Of a stretch of 64,000 bases of DNA, positions 56,558 to 64,000 are shown piece by piece (position 1 is the stretch's first letter; every line of letters begins with the position of its first letter). The notes beneath the pieces are model-generated. The model was not told where the DNA came from. It was given only the letters and a program-made list of their open reading frames with translations, and ran no database searches. Location of the stretch: positions 62,001-126,000 of the forward strand of contig JANNQV010000015.1 of the NCBI GenBank assembly GCA_031400935.1, in the 5' to 3' direction. The stretch comes from Armatimonadota bacterium (GTDB lineage Bacteria > Armatimonadota > Fimbriimonadia > Fimbriimonadales > Fimbriimonadaceae). Position numbers and translations under genes: made by a program.

Positions 56558-57421
56558 ATGCGACTATTTATTGTTGGACTATTTATTGTTACGACCCAAT
56601 TTGCAAGCGCCGAAACGCTGATTACTGCGGCCAAAGTGCTTGGAATAACTGAGCATGGCCTTGTGCTTACGGTTGGAACCGAACCCCTTGCGGTGGAAGA
56701 TTCGGCAACCACAAGACGTTGGTATTCTAAGGCTCCTGCACAGCGAGAAAATTTTAAGATCGGTGATGTCGTTCAGGTTCGAATCAAAACCGATTCTGAT
56801 CCTCCAATGCTTCGCGAAATTGCAGATGCAGCAACATGGAAATGGCTTGAATCGGTTCGAAAAAGCACAATGAAAGCGACAGTCGAAAAGCTTGATTCCA
56901 GGATGCTTCATGTCAAGTTCGCAGACGGATCAAGGTTTTCATACCGAATCACGGAAAAATCTGACATAAAGCTATCGGGCAAAACTACGGCGGGACTGAA
57001 CGATATTGCTGTTGGAATGACGGTTTATGTAAAAGGACGCCTTCTTCCGACCCTTGATACTTGGGTGGATGAACTGACCGACGTCGCTCCATTGGCTAAG
57101 CCTGCAACTGGTGCAAATCCGGCCGGCAGCTCCGCCACAGCCAAAAATGCAAAGGCAGTAAAGCTTCCAGCAACAGGCAAACTGGAGGCAGTCATCATCG
57201 CCGACATGCCCGGCCTCAAAATGTTTGACATCTTGGTTGATGAAGCTCGAACCTATCACATTTCGTGCAATCAAGAAACCAAGTACTTTTTGAACGGCAA
57301 AGTAGCTGATCGTACTGTTATTCAGAAAAAGGCAAAGTGCTCCGTCACCTACAAACGAGACCAGTTTGGAAGGCTGATCGCATCAAAAGTGGAAATATTT
57401 ACGGAAAACCAGCACGATTGA
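56558..57421 (+). CDS. Hypothetical secreted protein with repeated OB-like (DUF5666-type) units
   Basis: Signal peptide; repeated FKIGDVVQV / IAVGMTVYVKG patterns. Confidence 0.65.
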   Translation: MRLFIVGLFIVTTQFASAETLITAAKVLGITEHGLVLTVGTEPLAVEDSATTRRWYSKAPAQRENFKIGDVVQVRIKTDSDPPMLREIADAATWKWLESVRKSTMKATVEKLDSRMLHVKFADGSRFSYRITEKSDIKLSGKTTAGLNDIAVGMTVYVKGRLLPTLDTWVDELTDVAPLAKPATGANPAGSSATAKNAKAVKLPATGKLEAVIIADMPGLKMFDILVDEARTYHISCNQETKYFLNGKVADRTVIQKKAKCSVTYKRDQFGRLIASKVEIFTENQHD

Positions 57422-57515
57422 TGCGAACACGACATATTAAATTGTCGTCAATCATGTGTATACGAAGCCGATAGAGTGCTATTGAGCATTTTTGGCATGA
57501 TTATTGTAGGCATTT

Positions 57516-58454
57516 GTGTTTGTGCAACGCATTGTTTTGAAACAAAAGGAAGGCGTCGCTCTGAATTTACAGAGTGGCCAGAAAGCGGCGGCACATTCAA
57601 TTGAACACGAAGACGGTTTGCCTAGCTATCTCAGCCGGCTCACAAAAGTACCGCTCTTAACGGCAGAAGAAGAAGCTTCAATTACACTTGCAGTGCAAAG
57701 AGGCGATCCACAGGCACGTCAACGGCTAATTGAATCGAACATGCGCTTGGTTATCAACATCGCAAGAACTTACCGAAGCCGAACGATGCCGCTTGAGGAC
57801 TTGATTCAAGAAGGTGCAATTGGTCTCATGCACGCCGCAACTCGCTTCGATCCGGCGAAGGGATTTCGATTTTCGACGTACGCGACTCACTGGATTCGGC
57901 AGACAATAGGCCGTGCTATTGACTACAAGAGCAAGGCGATAAGACTTCCTTCGCACGTTTCCCAATCTCTAAGGAGAATCGAACGAGAACGGCTTAGAAT
58001 GGCTCGAGAAATGGGCATGGATCCAACATCAGATCAGCTAGCACATGCGCTCGGCATAAGTTCCAAAAAACTTAGTTCCCTTATTCAATCTTCCCACGAT
58101 CTCTTAAGCCTTGATATGGCAGTCGGCGACGGTTATGGCACCACTCTCGGAGGATTGATTCGTGACGATAGGGCAGACGATCCGGAAGAAAGTGTTGTTT
58201 CAAGCGAACTTATCGAAGAACTCGCGGAGATTATTTGCGAGCTAAATGAGCGAGAGCAGAAGGTCATGAGACTCCGTTTTCAAATGGATGTTACGCCATT
58301 TGGAATTGAAGAGCAAGAATTGGCGGACGAATTGAACATCTCTCGCGAACGAGTTCGCCAGATCGAAATTCAAGCAATAAAGAAACTCCGGATGCTTGCC
58401 TCACGGCGGCGACTGAACGAAGAGCTATCTGTAGAGCAAGCTATTGATCCATAA
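57516..58454 (+). CDS. Sigma-70 family (RpoD/RpoS-like, no region 1.1) sigma factor
   Basis: SNMRLVINIA, DLIQEGAIGL, FSTYATHWIRQ, SRERVRQIE; start uncertain. Confidence 0.9.
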   Translation: MFVQRIVLKQKEGVALNLQSGQKAAAHSIEHEDGLPSYLSRLTKVPLLTAEEEASITLAVQRGDPQARQRLIESNMRLVINIARTYRSRTMPLEDLIQEGAIGLMHAATRFDPAKGFRFSTYATHWIRQTIGRAIDYKSKAIRLPSHVSQSLRRIERERLRMAREMGMDPTSDQLAHALGISSKKLSSLIQSSHDLLSLDMAVGDGYGTTLGGLIRDDRADDPEESVVSSELIEELAEIICELNEREQKVMRLRFQMDVTPFGIEEQELADELNISRERVRQIEIQAIKKLRMLASRRRLNEELSVEQAIDP

Positions 58455-58460
58455 GCCATG

Positions 58461-60851
58461 TCAGGGCTTTGATTGCACTACCCCAAACACCTTAAGATCA
58501 TAGAGCTTAGCGATACCCAACTCGGCTTTGAGGTTGCGAATTCGAATGTATCGAAATCGTTGCGCAGGAGCGCGAAAAGGGACGCCGCGTCCTACCACTG
58601 AATGAAAGTAACCCAAGAATAGTGCTGTTCTCATCGAGTCCTTCACTTTCGCCCAAAGTACGGCTTCCTCAGGTTTTTGGCCCGTGTTGTATCCCACGAT
58701 TTCAAATTCTTGCCAGAATTCGTCCGGACCGTAGTGAAGCAAGACCTCACCGATTGCACGATCTCTGCCAAGGTCAATTTCAACCCAGCTTCCCACGGCT
58801 CCCGGCAACACTCGATAAGTTAGTTTGTCGCGATTTGGGATGGTGATGAATCCCGTTATCTGGCTGTTATCGGAAACAGTAGTAATACGATTCACGGCTA
58901 GATTTGTGGTTTCGATAGGAGCATCTGAGGTGTTGAATCTAACTTCAAAAATCGCCGGGTTTGTACCTGCTCGTGCAAATAAATCAACTATTTGCCAGGA
59001 CTTGATGAAACTGAATGCGAGGTGCTCCGATTCCAATTGAAGCAGAATAATGCTGTTTGAACCATCTAGAAGGACCTTGCCAAAAGGGTTTGAAGATGGT
59101 TTGCCATCAACAATCTGTTTTGGAAGTTGAAAGCCTCCCGTTGAATCCGTCGTCAATTTTGCGAATGGCTCCGCATCTTGCTTACCGCTACCATTGAATC
59201 TGAATGCGCTGATTTTCGCCCCGATGAGTGGATTGCCCACCATGTCTAGGGCTTTGAAAAAGGTTGCGATTGGGCAATTCTGAATGTATGTGCCCCGTTG
59301 TACTCCTCTCTTTCCTACATCCTGATTTAGGCCATATACATCAGTCATTGAAAGGAGGTTCGTCGGTTCAGGCAATGCAATACTCAAGAGTGGATGGTAA
59401 ATGGGTTCGCGAGGGATAAAAAATGTTCTTGGAAGTGCACCGTCAAATCGCGTTTCTCCTCGAACAGTAATTGAACCAAACGGGTCATGAATTGATGCCC
59501 ACAAAAAGTCAGTTTTTGGATCAAGCAACGGCGAAGAAATCAGCTTTGCAAGTCGAAAGACGTTTGATTCCCAATCCGGTAAAAGTTCCATCGTGAAATC
59601 AGCAGAATTGCTTGACACAGATTCAAAACCGGTGATATACATCCTTTCATTTGTTCCACCTGGTGCAAAAGAAAATCTTGATTGCGGAAACACAACCCGA
59701 TTGAAATACCTGACAAGAGCTTGTGCCATATCCGTTGCGTAGGCTGTCCGATGGGGGTTGATGTCAGATTTCCATTCTTTTGAAATCTGAATCGCGATTC
59801 CTAAACCTGCGATAGGCACTTCAAGGGCATTGTTGGCACGGTTCGCTTCAGGTTGCAATGCTTCCACTTCAAATGAAAGTGAATCTTGAAGCCATGAATT
59901 CTTCGACTGCTCAAATGGAATCGAAATGGCTGCTTCCTTGATCGCCCCTGGTGCAATCGAAGAACTTTCTTGAACCCAGCCTCCCCACGAGCCTTCTCTT
60001 TTCCATCGAAATCGAAACCCCGAGCATGGCAAATCCCCAATGTTTTGAATCTCTGCGCGATGCTCGATCATGTCTCCTTGAATTGGAAATGCTGGTTCGT
60101 TTGGTGCAACAGGCGGCTTGGGCCAAGGTGATCTCTTGATGCAAGATACGCTTAAATCAAAACTCGGAATCTGAGCAACCTCTTCCAGTTCTAGTTTGAG
60201 TACCGGGCTGAACTGCGGCGATTGCGCACTATAGAATTCACAGGACGCCGAGAACTGCAATGCGACTCCGCCAACCTCAAAGGGCGAATCATAAGTTCTC
60301 TGAATCGCAGACTCAATGCCAGAAATTGAGAGTCGCCCATCATCCAAAGTGGTCAATCGAGCTTGGGGTAGAGCTGTTGTTTCCCCAAGGCCAGATGCCC
60401 CCAATCCCTTCCACGACTCAGGATTTGGGCCACCAGACCTCCACCGATAAGTGGCCGTCCCCGAAGGAGCTTTGCCAGAATCAGCGTTCAAATTTCCAAA
60501 ATTCACGACAAATGCAGGTCCCTCATGCCATTCGACAAGAACATCTGACGCCTTATCCATTTTTGCTTGCGTCGGCGATGTGGGAGTAAGCAAAAGAGTT
60601 GCTGAACGAATCCGTTTGTTGGTTCCAATTGAGCGTCGAAGGTCGCCGAATCGAATCAAGATCACCCTGCCGGATCCGCCTTTTAGAAACGCGATTCCTC
60701 CTTGAGAAGACTCGGGCTGGCTTGGGTCGAGAGTCGTGTCTTCGACTCCAAAATATTTTGCCGCTGACTCCCATGGTCGTACCCCCCGTGAGAGTTCAAT
60801 ATTTATCAGGATATGAGGCACGCTTGCAGCTAAAAGGAGCGAATGGATCAT
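58461..60851 (-). CDS. Large hypothetical secreted multidomain protein
   Basis: 796 aa; CARDB-like DLSV...QNIG...EANRANN, C-terminal discoidin-like WVEIDLG...RYIRI. Confidence 0.7.
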   Translation of the reverse strand: MIHSLLLAASVPHILINIELSRGVRPWESAAKYFGVEDTTLDPSQPESSQGGIAFLKGGSGRVILIRFGDLRRSIGTNKRIRSATLLLTPTSPTQAKMDKASDVLVEWHEGPAFVVNFGNLNADSGKAPSGTATYRWRSGGPNPESWKGLGASGLGETTALPQARLTTLDDGRLSISGIESAIQRTYDSPFEVGGVALQFSASCEFYSAQSPQFSPVLKLELEEVAQIPSFDLSVSCIKRSPWPKPPVAPNEPAFPIQGDMIEHRAEIQNIGDLPCSGFRFRWKREGSWGGWVQESSSIAPGAIKEAAISIPFEQSKNSWLQDSLSFEVEALQPEANRANNALEVPIAGLGIAIQISKEWKSDINPHRTAYATDMAQALVRYFNRVVFPQSRFSFAPGGTNERMYITGFESVSSNSADFTMELLPDWESNVFRLAKLISSPLLDPKTDFLWASIHDPFGSITVRGETRFDGALPRTFFIPREPIYHPLLSIALPEPTNLLSMTDVYGLNQDVGKRGVQRGTYIQNCPIATFFKALDMVGNPLIGAKISAFRFNGSGKQDAEPFAKLTTDSTGGFQLPKQIVDGKPSSNPFGKVLLDGSNSIILLQLESEHLAFSFIKSWQIVDLFARAGTNPAIFEVRFNTSDAPIETTNLAVNRITTVSDNSQITGFITIPNRDKLTYRVLPGAVGSWVEIDLGRDRAIGEVLLHYGPDEFWQEFEIVGYNTGQKPEEAVLWAKVKDSMRTALFLGYFHSVVGRGVPFRAPAQRFRYIRIRNLKAELGIAKLYDLKVFGVVQSKP

Positions 60852-60872
60852 TGGTCAAAGTGTACCGGTGCG

Positions 60873-61889
60873 TTACTTGCAAAACCTTGCGATTGATTCA
60901 GGTTCCATTTTCCCTTCAGCCATATCCGCCATTCGCTCACCGATCCATGGTCCAAATTTGAATCCGTGCCCGCTGCAAGCACTTACGTAAAACCCCTTCT
61001 CGCCAATTCGTCCCCATCGAAAGTCCTCGTTTGAAGTTGATGTATAGAGGCATGTTACGACTTCGACGATTTCTGGTTCCGTGATTCGGAAACGCCGTTT
61101 TGCAAAATAGCGGATCATGTCAATCAAATCTTCATCCGCACCGGGTCTTTCTTCGCCTTCGTGCCAGGTGGTTGCCCTAAGATGGACGCCGATCTTGACA
61201 GTATCCTCCCCAGGTGCGTTTGGAAAACCGTAAAGCAAATCGGGGCCGTCTTCAATCCAAACTGGACCGTCGTAGCGATGCTTTAGGTATGCAACTGTTT
61301 GGACTCTTACTTCGACATCTAGGTTTACATATTCACGAATCCACGCTCCTGGAGCAGCTACTATCCTGTCAAATTGCCTTTCCAAATCAAGAAAAGATGG
61401 GGCCTGATCTTGAACGAAAACTGTTCCGAGTTCAATCGCCTGAAACAGAGTTGCTCGAACCGCGTTGTCGGCATGAACCCAGCCGCCATCATCAGAATGG
61501 ATCGCTATTTCACCATCATTAAGCCTAAAATTCTCAAAGTCATTTGGCTCAAGAATTCGGTGTTCCACTCTGTTTTGAACTAACGACTCGCGAACTGAAA
61601 CTACATCTCTTGCACCATGTGGCCCAAAATAGAGCACGCCCGAATGATGGACGATTGGCAGTTCGGATCGAAGCTGCAACTGATCCCACATGGGATATCC
61701 TTCGAGCATGATCTGGGTGTAAAACGGATCGGGATACGCCTTGCGAATGATACGGGATCGGCCGTGCGAGCTTCCATGAACATGCCCGAGCGGATGACGG
61801 TCAAAAACAGTCACGGCGTGGCCGCGTTTCGCTAGTGCCAAAGCGGCCGATGAGCCATGAATTCCTGCTCCGATGACTGCTACATTCAT
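60873..61889 (-). CDS. Sarcosine oxidase / N-methyltryptophan oxidase family FAD enzyme
   Basis: GAGIHG, GSSHGRSRIIR, CLYT, ACSGHGFKF; start moved to ATG 61889. Confidence 0.88.
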   Translation of the reverse strand: MNVAVIGAGIHGSSAALALAKRGHAVTVFDRHPLGHVHGSSHGRSRIIRKAYPDPFYTQIMLEGYPMWDQLQLRSELPIVHHSGVLYFGPHGARDVVSVRESLVQNRVEHRILEPNDFENFRLNDGEIAIHSDDGGWVHADNAVRATLFQAIELGTVFVQDQAPSFLDLERQFDRIVAAPGAWIREYVNLDVEVRVQTVAYLKHRYDGPVWIEDGPDLLYGFPNAPGEDTVKIGVHLRATTWHEGEERPGADEDLIDMIRYFAKRRFRITEPEIVEVVTCLYTSTSNEDFRWGRIGEKGFYVSACSGHGFKFGPWIGERMADMAEGKMEPESIARFCK

Positions 61890-62641
61890 TCTTGCCCCTT
61901 CAAACAAATCACATGAACCCTGTCGCTCTTTGCCCGAACCGGGTCCAAACTATACGAATGGAACATTTGAACCTGCTCGAACCCTGCGTCGAACAGCATA
62001 TCCCGAACATCTTCGAGTGGGTACGCTCTTTGCCGATGCGTTTCATGAAGCTCAACTCCGTCTTTCCAGAACGTCATATCCACCCGAATTAGCATCGTCT
62101 CAGGGTCCCAATGGCCTGTCCAATCGTATCGGAGACTTGCTTTCTGACTCAGCTTTTTTTGAGTGAACATCTCCTTCTGAAAGGCATATTCGGTGTTCAA
62201 ATCGAAGATCCAGGAAGCGCCTTCAGGCAAATGCGCAGCCACTCTATGAAACGCCCTTTGCAGGTTTTCAGGCTCCAAAATGTAGTTTAGGCTATCGAAA
62301 AATGAGAATGCGGCTTCGAATTGTCTCCCCATATCAAAATAGGCAGCATCGGCGACTTCATAGCGAATGTTGAAAAGACCGAGTTTTGCCTTTTCGCGTG
62401 CTTTAGAAATCATCGCCTCGCTAAGGTCAAAGCCTTCTAACTGAAAGCCTTCTTGGGTCAAAAGCTCAGCTACAGTGCCTGTCCCACAGCACACATCGAG
62501 AATCTGCTTGGGCTTAACTCCTTGATGCGATAGAAGCAGTAAATAGTAGCCGACCCACATCCGGTAGGGGACGTTGTCCATCAGCTCATCGTAAATTGGC
62601 GCGACTGGGCCAAATTCTTCTGTTCCGACTCGCGCTTCCAT
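61886..62641 (-). CDS. Class I SAM-dependent methyltransferase
   Basis: YDELM..VPY, LDVCCGTG, DSLNY, FDLNT; start moved to ATG 62641. Confidence 0.88.
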   Translation of the reverse strand: MEARVGTEEFGPVAPIYDELMDNVPYRMWVGYYLLLLSHQGVKPKQILDVCCGTGTVAELLTQEGFQLEGFDLSEAMISKAREKAKLGLFNIRYEVADAAYFDMGRQFEAAFSFFDSLNYILEPENLQRAFHRVAAHLPEGASWIFDLNTEYAFQKEMFTQKKLSQKASLRYDWTGHWDPETMLIRVDMTFWKDGVELHETHRQRAYPLEDVRDMLFDAGFEQVQMFHSYSLDPVRAKSDRVHVICLKGQE

Positions 62642-62651
62642 CGAAATGAAT

Positions 62652-63008
62652 CTAACCCGATTTCCAGTAAGTTTCTCTTGGCATCTCACGAGTTTCGAGA
62701 GTAACTTTTGCTTCACCAGCTTCTAAGGACTCTGAAAATAACCTCTTCAAAACTTTGAACATCTCATCTCCGATCTTCTTTAGAAGTTCAGGATCACGAC
62801 CAGAAACGAGGCTCAAAGTGACATGGGTAAAGCCTTCTGGAGCACGCTCATCGGTCACCCAGTTCGTGTGAAGCGTGTGATATGCCTTGACGGAAGCTGG
62901 GTCAATCGAGTCGTGCTGACAAAGCTCTCCTGCCAGCGCAACCAAGATATCGGGGATATCCATGTTTTCCGTGAGGTTGGCACTGGTTCGAAGGTGGATA
63001 TGGGGCAT
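62652..63008 (-). CDS. 5-carboxymethyl-2-hydroxymuconate isomerase (tautomerase) family protein
   Basis: N-terminal MPHI..SANL with catalytic Pro, FTHV...GR; start moved to ATG 63008. Confidence 0.8.
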   Translation of the reverse strand: MPHIHLRTSANLTENMDIPDILVALAGELCQHDSIDPASVKAYHTLHTNWVTDERAPEGFTHVTLSLVSGRDPELLKKIGDEMFKVLKRLFSESLEAGEAKVTLETREMPRETYWKSG

Positions 63009-63038
63009 ACAGTTATTTGATACCATGAAGGGGCGGGA

Positions 63039-63097
63039 AGTTGTTGGTTGTTGGTTGTTGGTTGTTTGTTGTGGGTTTGGAAGTTGTTGGCAGGTTG
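63039..63097. repeat. 7-mer GTTGTTG array followed by an 11-mer unit, G-arm
   Basis: Direct reading. Confidence 0.8.
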
Positions 63098-63230
63098 CGA
63101 GACGGCAAATGCGTCTTTTCGCTATCCCCACATTAGAAGACGAGATTCGTTCCGAAAATCTCACGCAACGGTTGCCCCGATTCACTTCGTTCATTTCCCT
63201 TCGGCGGGATCTTCGACAAAGGTTCGCAAC

Positions 63231-63316
63231 GAATGGAGCGCGGAGCTAAGAACTCGCCAAACTTGAAACTACAGAAGCCTCAGCTCCGCATTTGGTCCTC
63301 GGACGTTCCCGTCCGG
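63231..63316 (+). repeat. Composite REP-like element, copy C
   Basis: gaatggagcgcggagctaag-[variable]-gcctcagctccgcattt-ggt-cctcggacgttcccgtccgg. Confidence 0.75.
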
Positions 63317-63454
63317 TTTCGACGAGGAACAAAACTATTCTCCGATAGAACGGACGGTATTTCCGCCCACTTGTGCGTTTACGCCGAAACGTAAATTACA
63401 GATTAGAGTATAGAATTCTAAGTGTTCCTCAATTCCGAACTTTTGGACTAACAA

Positions 63455-63658
63455 ATGTCTTTTCTTGATGCCGACTCTTGGCCGTTTTGGATCGTCTATC
63501 ATTGGCGAGTATCGGCTCCTTTCGCTGTGATAGCGGGTGGATTCTGGCTCGCATATCACGATCAGCAAATTGCTGGAATTGCTGTCCTATTTTTTGGGCT
63601 CCTAGCTGCGCTCTGGGGACTCCTGTGGACCTTGGAAAGAAATGTAGATGATTTTTAG
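63455..63658 (+). CDS. Small hypothetical membrane protein
   Basis: 67 aa with two hydrophobic segments; fills the gap between repeat and DUF2784 gene. Confidence 0.45.
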   Translation: MSFLDADSWPFWIVYHWRVSAPFAVIAGGFWLAYHDQQIAGIAVLFFGLLAALWGLLWTLERNVDDF

Positions 63659-63665
63659 TTCGAAC

Positions 63666-64000
63666 TCAAATGCCTACTTTGATATTCGTTTTTCGTCGAA
63701 GGTCATCCACATTCGTCCAAATACTCAAAGTCAGGCTCGCCACAATCACTAAAAGGGCAACATTGTTGACCAATTCCAAAGGCGGATTCCACCCGCTGAT
63801 ATTCCGAACGAGCAAAACAAGGTAGCTGTCTGCCGTCTCCTCAATCCCCATTGCACGGCGAATCTGCCAATGCCAATCCGTGCATATGCAGTACCCCATG
63901 CCCTTCCACGCACCCATAATCAGCCAACTGAAAACTGTGAGCAGCAACGTAATCAGGTTCCATTTTCGAGTCCTCGGGTGCGCCCAACCGAAGATGTTGA
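63666..64000 (-). CDS. DUF2784 family membrane protein (5' end outside window)
   Basis: Frame is open to the window edge (NIFGWAHPRTRKWNL...); GYCICTDWHW motif. Confidence 0.8.
   Translation of the reverse strand, partial: NIFGWAHPRTRKWNLITLLLTVFSWLIMGAWKGMGYCICTDWHWQIRRAMGIEETADSYLVLLVRNISGWNPPLELVNNVALLVIVASLTLSIWTNVDDLRRKTNIKVGI

Noticed and set aside
3463..63316. CRISPR or TIGR-like array
   Set aside because: No regularly interspaced 23-47 nt direct repeats and no cas-like genes; the arrays are contiguous short tandem units or dispersed elements

Overview
A bacterial core-genome window of roughly 50% GC (judged by eye). The gene style and repertoire suggest Armatimonadota/Fimbriimonadaceae, which is inference only. 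It holds about 67 CDS: hutH (partial), purN, plsC-like, kynA-kynU-Fpg/Nei, msrB, a XerC/D-type recombinase, trhO, pilC, a DnaJ-domain protein, hutI, thyX, a bifunctional rhamnulose-1-P aldolase/SDR, csaA, a suf Fe-S cluster lacking sufB, several peptidases, gatCA, ispE, prmC-def-fmt, a MASE1-CHASE-GGDEF cyclase, fabD-fabG, AAA and HerA-like ATPases, a sigma-70 factor and hypotheticals. There is also a tRNA-Lys(UUU) and a GH35 beta-galactosidase remnant. I saw no CRISPR array, prophage, transposase or recognisable defence island. The most unusual signal is non-coding. About 15 intergenic gaps carry degenerate tandem arrays with 7, 8, 9, 10 or 11 nt periods, always ordered G-rich arm, unique spacer, C-rich arm. 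They are often stacked, and the two arms often belong to different families. The same arrays occur in frame inside pilC and the DnaJ gene. Three separate REP-like palindrome families are also present: one has an in-frame copy in the aldolase gene, and one is a three-copy ~88 bp element with a variable loop. Many start codons have a TANNNT box 6-7 nt upstream, suggesting leaderless mRNAs. No enzyme that could mobilise the repeats is encoded in the window.
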